Origin: a virus
Taxonomy: Duplodnaviria > Caudoviricetes
Virus record (IMG/VR): IMGVR_UViG_3300042934_001184
Coordinates: 1-24,676 of that record
Direction: 5' to 3' (one strand)
DNA: 24,676 nucleotides
Positions 24,256 to 24,676 of this stretch are shown here, one piece after another. Both the position numbers and the translations under genes were made by a program. Position 1 is the stretch's first letter, and the number at the start of each line of letters is the position of its first letter. The notes beneath the pieces were generated by a model. It did not search any database. It worked only from the letters and a program-made list of their open reading frames with translations, and had not been told where the DNA came from.

Positions 24256-24676
24256 ATGTTACAATTTTGTGAATGGGGTCGGAATTTGTCAAATCCGCTA
24301 ATTGATATTCTCTCCTACCTGCTCCTTCCTTGTGCCCCGACTCCGGTTATGGTACGCTGAAATCAAATTAATCCCCCGAATAAAAATGCGGATGCTTTTT
24401 GCCCGGATGAAAGGTGAATCGCTTGAACCTGAAGGCCCGTCTCCACTTGTATGAAGCCGACAACCCGCGCCATAAGCACTGGATTCACCGCTTTCTCGGG
24501 ATTTACTGGCTTGTGATTGGTTTGCATTTTTTCGCACAGCTGGGGGCGTTCCTGTTTATCCCCGCCTATGATATCGGGACCCGCGAATTTTATCTTCGCA
24601 TCCTGCTGTTTCCGCATCTGTTCATGAGTGCATTCACGGGGATTGCTTACGGGATATGCCGGTTTTGGCCCCGCTT

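Noticed and set aside
24298-24617. Short minus-strand ORFs (79 and 84 aa) and a TTGACA at 24287-24292 pointing antisense into the peptidase gene
   Set aside because: The ORFs overlap each other and show no recognisable motifs; the matching -10 (CAAAAT) lacks the conserved first T. Cannot be resolved at the window edge.
1-24676. CRISPR arrays, tRNA/rRNA genes, IS elements
   Set aside because: No regularly spaced short repeats, structural RNA signatures or transposase ORFs were recognised.

Overview
Bacillales DNA, Paenibacillus-like by gene content and Firmicute RBS/promoter style (inferred). Positions 1-3821 are ordinary chromosomal genes: a sensor histidine kinase (5' end probably outside the window), an unannotated 52-aa membrane protein, an AraC regulator and a divergent Gfo/Idh/MocA oxidoreductase. 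Positions ~3849-24255 hold a compact, apparently intact PBSX/diffocin-like contractile-tail gene cluster. Read from the right end, it carries an Xre repressor and ImmA-like peptidase (+ strand) with a five-operator divergent switch, then on the - strand an ArpU/RinA-like activator, a capsid-scaffold remnant, tail terminator, sheath, tube, a -1 frameshifted chaperone, tape measure, XkdP/Q/R/S/T/U baseplate, fibre genes and a three-gene lysis cassette. No terminase, portal, major capsid, replication or integrase gene is visible, so this looks like a domesticated headless R-type tailocin (phage-tail-like bacteriocin). The most unusual feature is two tandem receptor-binding cassettes (fibre + chaperone + 33/37-aa peptide) with conserved flanks and largely unrelated, AT-rich cores. 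Two further fibre-like genes with Mtd-type N-termini lie between xkdT and xkdU. Family assignments come from recognising motifs and synteny by eye; no searches were run.
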